Part shown: one piece after another, positions 24,960-38,919 of the stretch | How the letters are laid out: every line of letters starts with the position of its first letter | Numbering within the stretch: position 1 is the stretch's first letter | From: Vicugna vicugna | Taxonomy: Eukaryota | Length of the DNA stretch: 64,000 nt | Reading direction: 5' to 3' | NCBI GenBank assembly: GCA_013265495.1 | Contig: MU058387.1 | Coordinates: 310,001 to 374,000 of the forward strand | Translations under genes and position numbers: made by a program | Notes under the pieces: generated by a model | Databases searched by the model: none | Told to the model about the DNA's origin: nothing | What the model saw: the letters and a program-made list of their open reading frames with translations, nothing else

Positions 24960-27110
24960 TTAAAACAAAGTTTTGATTAATACTTAACATACGTACAGAA
25001 AATTGCTCAAATTGTAGTATCACCAAGTTAACATACCTTGTAACACCACCCAGGTCAAAGAAGAAAACGTTACCTGCATGCTGGAATCTCCCTTGGAGTC
25101 TCTTCCCATTCATTACACCCCAGGGATAACCACCATCTAATTCCATATGTTAGTTTTGCCTATTTTGAACTTTATACAAATAGAATAATACTGTATGTCA
25201 TCTTCTGTGTATGATTTCCTTTGCTCAACATTGTATTTGTGAGATTCATCCATGTTCTTTTCTGTAGCAGTGGTTTGTTCATTCTCACTGCTACATAATA
25301 ACCCACTGGAGGACTGTATCAGAATGTATTTATCCATGTGACTGTTAGTTGTCCTTCTAAGTGGCTTTCAGTTTGAAATAATTACAAATAACGCTATTAT
25401 AAACCTTCTTTTGTGTGGCTTTGATTTTATATGTAACCAGTTTTGATGAGTACATAACTAGGAGAAGAACTGGTATGTAAGAGAATATGTGTATTTTTAG
25501 CTTTGGTAGATTTCGCCAAATAATATTCCAAAGTGATTTTATTGATATGCCCACCAACAGTTTATGAGAGTTCCAATTGTCCACATTCTGTGAGCACTTG
25601 ATTTGGTCATCTCTTCTCATTTAAGCCATTATGTGGGTTGTGGGTTGTTATTTTATTGATTTTAATATGCATTCTTTTGATAATAATATTGATTTTTTTT
25701 CATATGCCTATTGGAATTTGTACATTCTCTTTTGTAAAGTATCTTTTCAAATCATTTGCTTTTTTTTCCCTCTTGGGTTGGCTATCTTTTTGTTATTAAT
25801 GGATAGAAATTTTTTATTTACTTTAGGTACACGTCCTTGTAAGATACATGTATAATAGATATCTTCACCCACCCTATGGCCTGATTTTTGTTATTCTCCC
25901 CTTTGATAAACAAGGGGTTTTCATTACAGTGTAGCCCATTTTGACCCTTTATTTCGTTATGGTTGGCATTTTAAACCACTTTCAAAACGGAAGTATGTTT
26001 AATTTACAATGCTGTGTTAGTTTCAGGTGCACAGCGATGTGATTTAGATTCTTATCCATTACTGGTTAGTACAAGGTGTTGAATATAGTTCCCTGAGCTA
26101 TACAGTAGGTCCCCGATGGCTGGCAGTTTTTAATGTCCTGCTTAAGAATGCTCAACCTTCCAAGTCATGAAGATGTTCTCCTGTGTCTTCTTGAGAATAA
26201 AACAGCAGTAAAGGATTTTCTTCTTTAAGCAAAAATTAGGGGCCAAGATTCATTTTTTTTTCCCAACATGGACTTCCAATTTTCCAACTGATTAAGTTCT
26301 CTGTCTACTTAAAAAAAAAAAAAAACAACTCTTTCAAGCAGCACTTCTGTGTGTTTTAAATCAGGCTATAAATCACAGGTTATAAAACAGCACTCCTGTT
26401 TGGTGTAAATCAGGTGACTATATACATAAGCACCTGTGTCTGAATTTCTTTTTCCATTGATCTATATATCCTTGACCCAAGACCACATGTTCTTAATTTT
26501 TGTGGCATTACAGTAATCTGATCTTGATATCTGACATAATATCTTCCAACTCTCTTCTTCTTTAAGATTATCTTGGTTATTTTGGTCTTTTATGTTTCCA
26601 TATTTATTTTTCTATAAGCTTGGCAAATTCCACACACATGTACTTGCATATATACACAAATTCAAAACTTGCTAACATATCTTATTGTTAATTGCATCAA
26701 ATCCATAGATAAATTGGTAGAGAATTAATATCTTTACAGTACTGAATCTTCCAAGCTTTGAAAATGGTAAACGCTTCATTTATTTAGGATTCCCTTAGAT
26801 TTTCTCAGTATGCTTGTTTCATGTGTAGAAGTTTTGTTCATTTTTGTTAGGTTTATTCGTAAGTATTCTATTTTATGCTGTTATATATAATATATGTTAA
26901 AATTTAATTTCCTAATTTTTAGTTCCTAGTGTATGAAATAGAATTTGTCTTTGTATGTATACATATCCAAAAAACTTACTGCAGTTATAATCTAATACCT
27001 AATTTTTAGATTATTTTGGATTTTCCACATAAATAATGATGTATTTTATAAGCAGTGAAGGTTTTCTTTCTTTCTTTTATTCCTTATGACTTTTATCAAT
27101 TCTCTTGCCT
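24960..27110 (-). mobile_element. Old L1M (MB/MC/ME-type) 3' region, with a younger L1 3' fragment nested at ~25975-26120
   Basis: gagattcatccatgtt, ccaaagtg...cccaccaacag, gaattaatatctttacagtactgaatcttcca. Nested piece: tttacaatgctgtgttagtttcaggtg...tatacagtaggtcc. Confidence 0.8.
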
Positions 27111-27229
27111 TTTTGTAACTATTATAGCTCATGAGACATTCTCCTTCACCACCAAATAATTAGAGGTATAATTATGATCAGTATCATTATTGCTGCTGCT
27201 ATTGTTGTATTATATAATATATTCACTTA

Positions 27230-28480
27230 TATATGCCCCCATATTTACCCTTATCTTTATTTTTTAGTCCTTCTTACATTTCTGTTTTTCTGAGATTATT
27301 TTCCTTCTGCCTGAAAAACAAAATTTTAGCATCTCCTTTACTTTGGTCTACTGGGGACAAATTCATTCACTTTTTTCATGTCTAAAGATGTCTTTATTTT
27401 GTCACAACTTAAAAGTTACTTAGATATTTTAAAGATGAATAATAATGATGATAGTAATAATTCCACTCTCTTCCAGCTTTCATTGTTTCTGTTGAAATAT
27501 TGGAGGTCATCTTGCTGTGCATTTGAAGCACCGCATCTTTGCTTCCTTTCTCCTTCCCCTGCCCCCAGCTATTTGCAATAGTTTTTCTTTGACACTGGAA
27601 ATCAACAGTACTCTTTAATGAGTTTTGACATAACTTTCCTACTTAACTTGCCTGAGTTTTGAAGTGCTTTTTGGTTTTGTAAATTAATGTCTTTCTTTAG
27701 TTTGGGAAATTCTTGTTCATTTTTTTTCAGTTCAGTTATTGCTTCTGCCCCATTCATTGTCCCCTAACCTCTGGAATTGCAAATACAAATCCATAACATC
27801 TTTACACAAGCCCTACATGTCTCCTATTCTCTTTTATATATTTCTCACCTTTTCTGCTTTTCATGCCTCAGAATAAATTTTCAGCCAGCTCATCTTCCAG
27901 CTATCTGATCATCTTTGCAGATTATGGTTCAACTCATCTATTAAAATTTGAATTTCAATTACTGCATTTTTAGGTTTAAAAATTCCATTAGATTATTTTT
28001 CACTATTTCAATTCTCCAAAAAAGAATAAATCCATTATGTCACTCATTTTCTTTTTTTTTAAATTTTTTTTTATTTTATTGAGTTATAGTCAGTTTACAA
28101 TGTTATGTCAATTTCAGGTGTACATCATTTTCTCGAATATATTAATTACAGTTATTTTAAAGTCTATATCTGATAACTCCAATAACTGGATTATCTGTTT
28201 ATTTTATCTTTCTCTTGATCATATTTCTTGATGTGCCTAGTAATTTTTGATTGCTTGTCAGACATTACATTTGGAAGTTTCAGAATGGTGTCATTTTTCT
28301 CCAGAGAGAGTTCATTTCATTTCTTAGAGATCAGTAGGAGTAGGGGCAGATAACTTTAATCTGGTCAAGGACAGAGCTCATTTTAAGCTATTTTCAGTTT
28401 TTGGAATATTAGATCTACCTCTGATTCTCCAATGCTTCCTGGTCTCAGATGATTTCAGAGTTTAATAGTCTGGATCCTGA
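27230..28480 (-). mobile_element. Ancient L1ME ORF1/5' fragment
   Basis: ttttccttctgcctgaaaa...gggaaattctt...ttgcttctgccccatt...atctgataactccaata. Confidence 0.7.
28052..28123 (-). mobile_element. Very short young L1 3' end
   Basis: PolyT then attgagttatagtcagtttacaatgttatgtcaatttcaggtgtaca, flanked by tcattttct / tcatttttct. Confidence 0.8.
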
Positions 28481-29319
28481 ACAACTTCTTATGTAGCATT
28501 ACTAAGTACCCGTTCTGTCAAAACTAGCAAGTGAAAAGGAGATCTAAATTTCAGCCTGCTTCTTAACATTTCAAATGTATGCTGGAATTGTAATGAAAAG
28601 TGCAGGAAAAGACTCACCATATTGTCAAAACTAATCCACCCAAAGGTCAGAAAGTATTTTATAAATTTCTGATTGATGAACTTCCAAATTTGCCATAGGT
28701 AAATATAAGGTGACTAATTATTTTGAAACATTTTAAAATGAGTTGTGGAGAAGTCAGAGATCATCTGTGAGGAGTAAGACTGCAAGTCCCAAGGATCCTC
28801 CGTTAGCTCTTAATATGTGAAATTTTAGATTTAGTTGTTATCTCCTGTACAATTAATAATTGCTTTTCACATAACAAGAAGCCTTTTCTATTGTAGATAA
28901 TGAGCATTGGTTTTCATCAACAGGAAGGAGAGAGGATTAAAAAAAAAAGTAGATTTAATTCACCTGAATAATAGAGTAGACAAGTGAACATATAGAACTT
29001 CCTTAAAATAATGGGAAATGTGTTTTGAAAAGAGTAATCTAATGGTAACTGCAGAAATCTTTAAAATATAAAAGACCAAATTCTATTTTTAATGAAAGCA
29101 ACTATCTGAATAGTTTAAAAAATGTTTTAAAGGACTCAGATGTTTTGAAGGACTCTAAGTTTAAGTTTCCTCTGTTATAAAAATGTTGGTTAAAAAATGA
29201 CTTACTTGTATGTTTGTTCTATGATTTATTGACTTAATTAGCAGGGTTTGATATATGATCATAGCTAATATATAAGGAAAGCTTACATTTGATCCTCATA
29301 ACTACTCTAATATACAGAT

Positions 29320-29450
29320 GGTATTCATAGTATCTCACTCCTTCAGGGGGAGAAATGAGACACAGAGATGTTACACCACTTGCCTAAGGTCACACAGCTA
29401 ATAAGTGGTGGAATCAGGATCGAACTCAGGCAATCTGGCTGAGAGTTTTT
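29320..29450 (-). mobile_element. MIR SINE
   Basis: cacttgcctaaggtcacacagctaataagtggtgga. Confidence 0.8.
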
Positions 29451-29969
29451 TGTATCACTTCTCTGAATAATCACTCATTAACAACAGATGTTATATTACC
29501 ATGATTTTTGTTAATTTATTACCAGTATGCTAAAGAAGGCACATGGATGGATTGATGGAGAGACACCACTTGGTTGCTGCTACAAGGGGACCTTCTGACA
29601 TCTATGAAAGGAGATGCTCCTATAACCTCATTATAGGAAAAATGAGGCAATGCTTTCAGTCATTCTCCCTAATCTTGTTCAACCTTCTACCAATAAGTAT
29701 AATCATTTGTCACTTCCCTTTCTCTTACTCTATTTACTGCCATACTCTACCCCTTATTTCAGGGAATTAAAGCTAGGAATTTAATTTAAAAGACAAAACA
29801 TTCTCCATATTATTCCTAAAGTTGACCATTCTCTTTTGCTTTCTTGATCTCCCTTTTACACAGGCGTATGTCTTTGGAAAATGTAATCAATCTTCTAAGA
29901 TCTTCTCAGTCCAGAGTATCTATTCATGTATGTAATGTAATCATTTTAACAACCTGTGAGTGTGATGCA

Positions 29970-30660
29970 AACATTTAAAAAATTCATTGAAACATAACAT
30001 TTATATTAAAAAGTACACAAATCATCAGAGTACAATCTGAAGAATCTTCATAAACTGAACACTCTTGGAACATTATCAGCACCTCCAGCCCCAAAAGGTT
30101 TCATACCCTCTCCCATTACCTACCCACAAAGATTTCTACTCTCTTGCCTTATAACACTATAGGTTACCTGTACTTACCTTGATTTTAGATAAATAGACTC
30201 ACACTCTATACATTCTTTTTATGAACAGTTTCCTTTGCCCAGTTTGTAAAGTCTATCTACATTGCTATGTGTAATCGTACTTTATTTCTTATTGTTATGT
30301 CAAGAATACGTAGTCATTATAAAATTAAAAGACTCAAGTTACTTATAGTTTGGAGCTATTAAGAATAGTAATGCTATAAACATTGTTTTGCATGTATTAA
30401 GTACATATATATACAGGTTTCTATTGGTTATATATCCAGGAATAGAATTGCTGGGACATAGAAGTATTTATTATGTTTTTAATACAATTTATTTTTTAGA
30501 ACAGTTTTAGATTTACAGAAAAATTGAGAAGTTAGTGTAGACACTTATATACCTCAAATCCAATCTCACGTACTAATATCTTCCATTATTATGATATTTA
30601 TATCAGTATCCATGCATGAGTATTTGTTTTATACTTTGAATTTATAACATACTTGTTTTT
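29970..30660 (-). mobile_element. Old L1M 3' fragments
   Basis: aaagtacacaaatc..., atccaggaatagaattgctggg, agttttagatttacagaaaaattgag. Confidence 0.7.
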
Positions 30661-30731
30661 TTAACATGAAAATTCTAATAGTTCAACATTTAGCTTTTAA
30701 TACAAGAATCTCAGACAATACTGTGGAATTC

Positions 30732-31192
30732 TGTTAGAAGACAATGCCCCATGGGTATCTTAAAACTCTGTATATCTTGAATTTTGCATACCTTGAAATT
30801 CTGCATAACTTCCTTTTTGATTTGAACTACATTTTCAGGGATGTTTCGAAAGCGACAGTCTTACAAGATAGTGATGACACCTCTCTCTGGAGCAAGGGGC
30901 AGATTTGTTTACTGCCCTATATAAAAGACTTGAATGTCCTAAGCTCAGGATTCCTCAAATGTGATGCGAACCCACCATGTTCAGCGACCATCTGGGCTAC
31001 CCTGTATCACCTTATGGGTCTTGGAGTCAAAGTTAACCGTTCTGCATGTTGATTGTTGTGTTCTAAGTAATAATACATTTATTTGTCTTTGACCCAAGAG
31101 ACTCATGTCTTCTGCAAAAATTCATAAAATTGCCTCATGCTAACTTGTTAATTTGTAAGTAAGCAAAATCTCAGTCCTTCATAGTTCTGGGC
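30732..31192 (+). mobile_element. MER21/MER68/MER77-group solo LTR
   Basis: Starts tgttagaagacaatgccccatggg; has tataaaa and tgtctttgacccaagagactcatgtcttctg; ends aaaatctcagtccttcatagttctgggca. Confidence 0.7.
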
Positions 31193-31208
31193 AACCCCAC
31201 ATGAAGGA

Positions 31209-31264
<56 letters not shown>
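31209..31264. repeat. (CT)n(CA)n compound microsatellite
   Basis: Seen directly. Confidence 0.95.
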
Positions 31265-31266
<2 letters not shown>

Positions 31267-31779
31267 GTTTACAAATCAATATGTGAGCTACACATATCAG
31301 ACCATGTCATAGTTTGAATGTGCTTTCTGTTCAGCCGCCAGCCCTCTACCTCCCTTGGCCAATGGCAATGCATTCACAGTCACTTACAGGAGCCCCAGCT
31401 TTCTCCTGGTCAATGGCATCCCCATAGCAAGCCAGTGTCTGTGCCCCAAGGGTGTTGCCTCTCATTGCTCACAAAGCTCCTACTCCCTGGGGCCAGAACA
31501 GTGCTGGACTATGAGAAGCAGCAAAGGAAACATCTTCCTCTCCAGTTTCAGGTACTACGCATCCTGCTGCATGGACGTAAATCCACTTTCTTAGCATAGA
31601 ATCCTCCAAAACTTCCATATGTATGTGTTTCTTTTCTTTGCATCAGAGTTTCAAAACTATTTGCAAATAGCCTGAGAAACGTTACCGACAATGCTTGCCA
31701 ATAAACCTTACTCAGTCTAAAGTTATCTCTAGACAAAGAGAGAGTGCGAACTTGGTTTCTGAAGACACAGCTTTGTGTA

Positions 31780-32280
31780 TCTTTTAGGGTTCCTTCAGTT
31801 ATGAATGATGGAAACCCCCACAAAATTGGCTTAAGTTACAAAAGGAATTTACTTTTTTAACCTGTAGAGTATATTAAAAGAAAATGTCATCCGAGTCTTG
31901 ATCCAGTAGCTTAAACATGTACTTAGCTTGTTGTTTTAAGGTTAATCTCTTCCCAGTCTGCAGGGAGTCAGCTTCTTCTCAAGGCTGACTACATGTGTGG
32001 CTTCAAGATGTCTGCAAGCAGCTACCAGGGCCAGATGCTCTCTCAGTTTTTCATTTATATTTTGTGAATGAAAGCAAACTTGTTTCTCCCCACAATCTCA
32101 AAACAAAAACCCATAGGCTTTACTTAGTTCTCCAAGCCCATCTTGAATCAATCACTTTGACGCAAGCATCTGTTTCTAAAGATTATTTTAGATCAGGGAG
32201 AGAATGGGGATAATTCCACTCCCACCATTGGCAGCTACACAACGGGAGATGCATATAATGAATGGAGAAGGCAAATATAT
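31780..32280 (-). mobile_element. Old MLT1 (J/K-like) LTR
   Basis: gaaacccc...ggcttaag...aaaaggaattta; gcccatcttgaatcaatcactttgac. Confidence 0.5.
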
Positions 32281-33614
32281 TTATCGTTGTGGTCACAATC
32301 ACTGTGGCTAGGAAGCCAGGAATATCCGTTCTGCTACTTTCTGGTTGAGGAACTGTGGGTGCATCACTCAAATTAAGCTTAACGATCACATCTGCAAGAC
32401 AAAGGTGATAATTCCTGAACCTCTCCTTCTTTACGCACACGCATGTACACACGCACACACACACACATCACTTATCTAGGAGATTTCACAGTACTATTTA
32501 TATATCAGATAATGTAGTAAGACAAAAATATATTGGAAAATAATAAAGCTTTATATATATTTTACCTCTCATTGAACATTAAATGAACTCCCCATTTGTC
32601 AGTTCTCTCTATTTAAATGAGGTCAACTGCTCATAAATTATCCATTAATCATCAGTCAGCTTCAAATATTGCAGCATCATTTTTTTTTCCTCCTCTTGCT
32701 GCCCTTCTGAAATCTCCAGCAATTATCAGATATTTTCTGCCCAGGCAGTGAAGTCTGTTTCTCTAAAGCTGCAGAAACAGTTACTTGGTGTTCACCACGC
32801 ACACCAAGAGATGACATGCTTATGTATGAGATGGATATAGGCAGCATTAATCAATATGATAATGCCAGGCACACTGGAGAAAATAAATGCTAGGTGCTTG
32901 GATTCCTCTTTCCTTCCAAGTATCAAATGTCCTTTAAAATTTCTTACTGAAACCACTCTTTATCTTTCCCATTAGATAAGGTATTGGTGTTAGCCAAGAA
33001 AGTAATGGTTTTGGATGTGCGGTCCAATAAACAGAGCTTAAAAGTTTATTATCAAACATATTGCAGGCAGCAATAAAAGTGATCTGTGCTCCTGGAACCT
33101 ATTCAGCACGTAGGAAATTGCTGGAGAGCCAAGATGGGTGTTTGTCAACCCCCTGGAAAGGCAGCCCCTCACAGAAGGACACATCAGCTTGCCGGAATAC
33201 ATTCTTCCTTTTCTCTCGAACACAAAACCAGTTCCAATGGAAAGTGCTTAAGAGAACATGCTATGCAAATAGAATGGATTTAGCATTTACCGGAGGAAGC
33301 ACATTCTGGGTCTGGAACCACATACTGAAGCCTGAAGACCAATTCCATTAATTTCCTATAAGCTCTTATCTTCCTTCGCTTCAATGTCCAAAGTTGCATT
33401 CTGGTTGCTGACCAGGGAATTCCTGCTTATAGATATGCATTGTGTAGCTTGCCCGGTGTTCAGAAAAAAAGATTGAAGCAACAATAAAGATACTGAGAGC
33501 TTTTACACTAAAACTCAGATGTGAACTTCTTGGGAAAAGGCCAATCTCTGGCCCCTGTGGCTTTTTTTTCTTCACAGGTGCCGGGAGCCAGAGCTGAGTA
33601 ACAACCCTTTTCTT

Positions 33615-34603
33615 CCTACATAGCCCGAAATATCATTTAGACACCCACACACGTTGCACCCACATCTTGTATCAGTCTGGTTAATAACCTGGAGTCCTCA
33701 GAGATGGAGCAGGAAACACAAACAGGTCCGTCTCTGTGCTTCCCAGGGGCACCTGATGGGAGGTCGAGGGCCAATGGAGGTTTGTTCATGTGCCTATAGT
33801 GTTGCTTTTTTTTTTCTTTCTTTTTTTACAGGAGAAATATTATCCTGTGCCTATATTACAGAGAGAAAAGGGAGGAGGGAAAATACAAAAGGGAAGGGGT
33901 TATTTTCTTTAAGGTTGTGTGATAAACTTTTTTTTTTAAGTGAGTGCCTTTGGGAAGGGATATTTCCAGCTTGTCAATCATTTGCACCACCACTTTTGCC
34001 CCACAAGGCATCTTGCTAACCCTGTCCTAGTTAAACCAAAATTCCATTGAAAGTTGTCTTCTTGCCATATCTTGCATATCATTTGTATTATCCTCTTTTT
34101 ATTTACACAGATCTCAGTTCCTGGCACGGCCTCCCTACTCCCTTCACCCTCTTAAAATCCCAAGTCCCTTCACTGACAGGTGATGTCCCATCTCCTCTTT
34201 GAAGTTGCTATCACAGCCACAATTAATTGGAAAGGAATGGTAAACGTGGTGACTTCTCTCATATGGGTGACTTGCATCTTATTTAAGTTCTTGTCTTGTC
34301 ACACCATCATCATTACGAACTCCGGAGAACAAGCTCCAGTCACTCTGTGTTTCCTCCCTGCTGTGATACCCAATATTCTTTGACTGACTTCCTGATTGAT
34401 TCTTATTCAAGTGGCCTAAGGGCAGAGATGTTATAGTTCCAAAGCTGTGTTGGCAAGTTGAGAGGAGGGAAGCCACTCAGCACAAATTCTCTCTTCTTTT
34501 CTTTTGTGCATTTTCTCTCTTCTCCCTACATAGCGTGAAATATCATTTAGACACCCACACATCCTGCACCCACATCTTGTACCAGTCTGGTAAATGACCT
34601 GGA
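33615..34603 (+). repeat. Pair of 79-bp direct repeats (33615-33693 and 34525-34603), 910 bp apart
   Basis: Ungapped alignment with 8 mismatches in 79 bp, counted by eye. Confidence 0.95.
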
Positions 34604-36334
34604 TCCAAGCCCATAGGCATGGTATGAATTTTCTCTTATAATAGACAATACTATGAGTAGTTGAACATGTGTAAACATATAAAGCAACTAGAGAAAAGTG
34701 ATCCCTAAGGATAAAGACTGCTCAGTGTGTTTTGAAAACATTCAGCAGGAAGACAATGCCAAAGGGATTTCACTAGAAAATTCCAATTTATTTCCATAGC
34801 TTCTTAAGTAGCTGAGATTAAATATTTGGGTTTGGGAGCTTTGTGGCCTGTTATGTTTAGTGTCTGTCTTTTTATAATATAATGTCAAAAAGAAATTGTC
34901 AAGTTCGTCCTTGAGCAAAGCATGTCCGGTAATTCTCATGTTTTGCTGAAGGTCTTTGGCCAGGAAAAGAGACTGAAAATCTCATAAGATGAAGAACTTT
35001 CCAGAACTTGTAGGTCTCGTTCTCCAGACTCTCTGACCTGGAGAACAATGCTGTCTTTCTTACCACATTTGGGTGTTTGGAAGAATTCCATTCCTGGTTC
35101 CAAACAGGAACAATTGACATGTACCAGAGAAGCAGCACCAACCGAAGACCTCCCCAAAAGTTTGGAGTTTAGTTCTGTGGGGTTTATTTTTATTCTTATT
35201 TTACTCAAGCTGTTTTGCCTATTCCATAAGCATAGGCACCATATGTGAGTGGAGACTGCTAAAAGCTCTTTTAAACAGAAATCCCAAAAAGGAAGAAATG
35301 AAACTAAACAGAAAGAAAATGAAATTAACAGCTCTTTGCGACATGTGTTTAAAGAGAAATTCTAAGAGACAATTAATGTTCCTAAATTCTTAGTAGGTGT
35401 AGTGGTACATTTATAAACAGTGGGGTTGAAGAGATAAATTTAAAATCATGCTACTTTTGAAAACACAACTCCTTAAATGAGAGCCAAGAATAAGCACAAA
35501 GACCCACTGCCTTGTTTTTCTGATAATTGAGTTAGACATTGCATCATCTGGTAGAGCACAAAAACACACGATTGAAATCATCTGACATTTTTCCTTTGTT
35601 CCTTAACATATTGAAGATGTGCAGCCCATGAATATGGATTCAAAAATCGAGAAGAAGCCAGATTTTATCTAAAAACCCAATAAATCAGACTTTTGAATTT
35701 TTGTCTTACGCTCATAGAAGCAAGTCATGCAAACTCTAGCTGTAGTTCCAGCTTGGTAAAAGAGAGAAAGGGAATCAATACTTAAGGAATGTGTGAGGAT
35801 AAACAGCACCCAGCTCTGAGTAGGCACTCATTAAATGACTTTTGAAATGGATTTTAGACTTGTAAGCTAATATTGTGCAAATGCTTGTCATTTAAGAGTC
35901 TTTTTTGCAGTCGTCATTGTGTAGTACAATCAATAGGTTTAGATTCGAGTTGGAAATTGAATAAAATAACTCAATGTCACAAAAAAGCTGCGGCAACATG
36001 GGGATATCCCAAGGTCGTACAAGTAAGACAAGAATCTGTACAAAAAATACATGTTACTTCTAAGTTATATCTACCTGGTCCTGTATATTAGTTTCCACCA
36101 CTAAACACTAAATCAGGGAAAACAAATGAACAAACAAAATAAAACAAAACAATTTAAAAAACACTCACATAAGATACTGTTTGCAATTCACCTTGTGTCA
36201 TCCTTGACCCCATAAGGATATGACCCCAAGCTTTACCCTATAAGAGACCAAATATCATAGGAATAGAGCTGCAAGCTCAGAAGCCATACTGCCTGAGTTC
36301 AAAACCCATCCTATTACTGTACTGGCATCACTGG

Positions 36335-38880
36335 GTCTGTAATGACTTACCACAAACTGTGCAGTGGAAAACATTACACACTTATTGGCTGTATTGCCCA
36401 AGGCAATCTACAGATTTAATGTGATCTCTATCAAATTACTCATGACATTTTCACAGAACTAGAACAAATAATCCTAAAATTTATATGTTATCACAAAGGA
36501 CCAAGAATTGCCAACGCAGTATTGAGGAAAAAGAATGAAGCAGGAGGAATAATCCTCCCAGACTTTAGACAATACTACAGGGCTACAGTAGTCAAAACAG
36601 CATGGTATTGGTACAAAAACAGACGTATGGATCGATGGAGTAGAATAGAGAGCCCACAAATAAACCCACAGACCTATGGTCAATTAATCTTCGATAAATG
36701 AGGCAAGAATATACAATGGAGAAAAGACAGTCTCTTCAGCAAGTGGCGTTGGGAAAACTGGACAGCAGCATGTAAATCAATGAAGTTAGAACACTCCCAC
36801 ACATCATACACAAAAATTAACTCAAAATGGCTTAAAGACTTAAATATAAGACAAGACACAATAAACCTCTTAGGAGAAAACATAAGCGAAACATTCTCTG
36901 ACATAAATCTTAGCAATGTTCTCCTAGGGCTACCAAGGCAATAGAAATAAAAGCAAAAATTAACAAATGGGACCTAATTAAACTTGTAAGCTTTTGCACA
37001 GCAAAGGAAACCATAAGCAAAACAAAATGACAACCTATGGAATAGGAGAAAATATTTGCAAATGATGTGACTGACAAAGGTTTAATTTCCAGAATATATA
37101 CATAGCTCATACAACTTACTAAGAAAAGAAACAAGCAAACCAATCCAAAAATGGGCAGAAGACCTAAACAAGTAAATCTCCAATGAAGTCATAAAACTGG
37201 CCAATAGGCACATGAAAATATTGCTCAGTATCGCTATTATCAGAGAAATGAAAATCAAAACTACAATGAGGTATCACCTCACACCAGTCAGAATGGCCAT
37301 CATTCAAAAGTTCATGAATGATAAATGCTGGAGAAGATGTGGAGAAAAGGGATCCCTCCTACACTGCTGGTGGGAATGTAGTTTGGTACAGCCAATATGG
37401 AAAACAGTATGGAGATTCCTCAAAAAACTGAAAATAGACTTACCATATGATCGAGCAATCCCATTCCTGGGCATATATCCAGAGGGAACTCTAATTTGAA
37501 AATATACATGTACCTTAATGTTCATAGCAACACTATATACAATAGCCAAGACATGGAAACAACCTAAATGTCCATTGACAGATGACTGAATAAAGAAGTT
37601 ATGATATATTTATACAATGGAATATGACTCAGCCATAAAAAGGAATGAAATAATGCCATTTTCAGTGACATGGATGGACCTAGAGACTGTCTTACTAAGT
37701 GAAGTAAGCCAGAAAGAGACAGACAAATACCATGTGATATCACTTATATGTGGACTCTTAAAAAAAGAAAAATATAAGACACTAATGAATTCATCTACAA
37801 AACAGAAACAGACTTACAGACATAGTAAACAATCTTATGGTTACCAGGGAGAGGGGATGGTAAGGGATAAATTTAGGAGTTTGAGATTTGCAAATGTTAA
37901 CCACTATATATAAAAATAGGTTTAAAAAAAACCTCAACAAATTTCTTCTGTATAGCACAGGGAACTATATTAAATATCTTGTAATAACCTTTAATGAAAA
38001 AGAATATGAAAATGAATATATGTATGTATATGTATGGCTGGGACACCAGAAATTGACACATTGTAACTGACTGTACTTCAACAAAAAAGAAAAAAAAAGA
38101 GAAAACATCACACATTTATTATCTTGCTCCTTCTGTCAGGAGACCAGGCTCTTCAGGGCTGGGTCCTCTATTCACAGTCTCTCGAGGCTGCAATCAAGGA
38201 TTTGACTGGGCTGCATTGTCATCTGAAGCTCAAGGTCCTCCTCCAAGCTTCTGTAGATTGGCTGAATTCAGTCCTCCATGACTGTGGATTTCATGGTGAT
38301 TTGCTTCTTTGAGGTCAGCAGGCTAACCACTTGCTGAAGGGAGGTTCCTTTTTGAAGGACATTTTCTTATCTATGTTGGGATCACACAAGACAATCTCCC
38401 TTTTTTGGAAATCTGTAACATAAATTTAATATACATATGTGCATAAGTATACATAAATGTGTATTATATACATAAATTTATATATATATGTAATATATAA
38501 TATACATAAATTTAAACTATATAATTGGGAGAATGGATAAACAAGTTGTGGTATATTTATACAATGGAATAGTATGCACCAATAAAAAGAAACAACACTA
38601 TTGATACATGCAACAACATATGTGAATCTCAAAAATATTATATTGAACATAAGCCAGATACAAAAGTGTACACCCTGTGTATTATCTTTAGTATCCATAT
38701 TATTTATATTATAGATATCTCCCTTTTTAATTAACTTAAAATTAATTTATTAAAGACATAAACTCAATCAGCAAATCCCTTTCCCCACTGCCATGTTATA
38801 TTATGCTTAGAAGTCAGTGACAGTCTTGCTCACACTCAAGGAAAGGAGATGGATGGTCCAAAGACATGACTCAACTTAGG
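36335..38880 (-). mobile_element. MLT1 (E/F-like) LTR split by two insertions; pieces ~36335-36386, 38121-38405, 38729-38880
   Basis: ttaccacaaac...aaaaca..acaca.ttatt|atcttg; gaggctgcaatcaagg; agaagtcagtgacagtcttgctcacactcaagg. Confidence 0.75.
36387..38100 (+). mobile_element. 1.7-kb 5'-truncated lineage-specific L1 (ORF2 3' part, 3'UTR, A-tail) with 20-bp TSD
   Basis: ORF2 Cys-rich end YHLTPVRMAII...[18 protein letters not shown] (37212-37499). TSD gaaaacattacacacttatt 36367-36386 vs gaaaacatcacacatttatt 38101-38120. Confidence 0.95.
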
Positions 38881-38919
38881 GTGCATCTCCACTGATCGCT
38901 TCCAGGATGCTCAACTCTG

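Noticed and set aside
36474..37913. Multiple ORFs on both strands
   Set aside because: Broken L1 ORF2 pieces and their antisense frames, not host genes.
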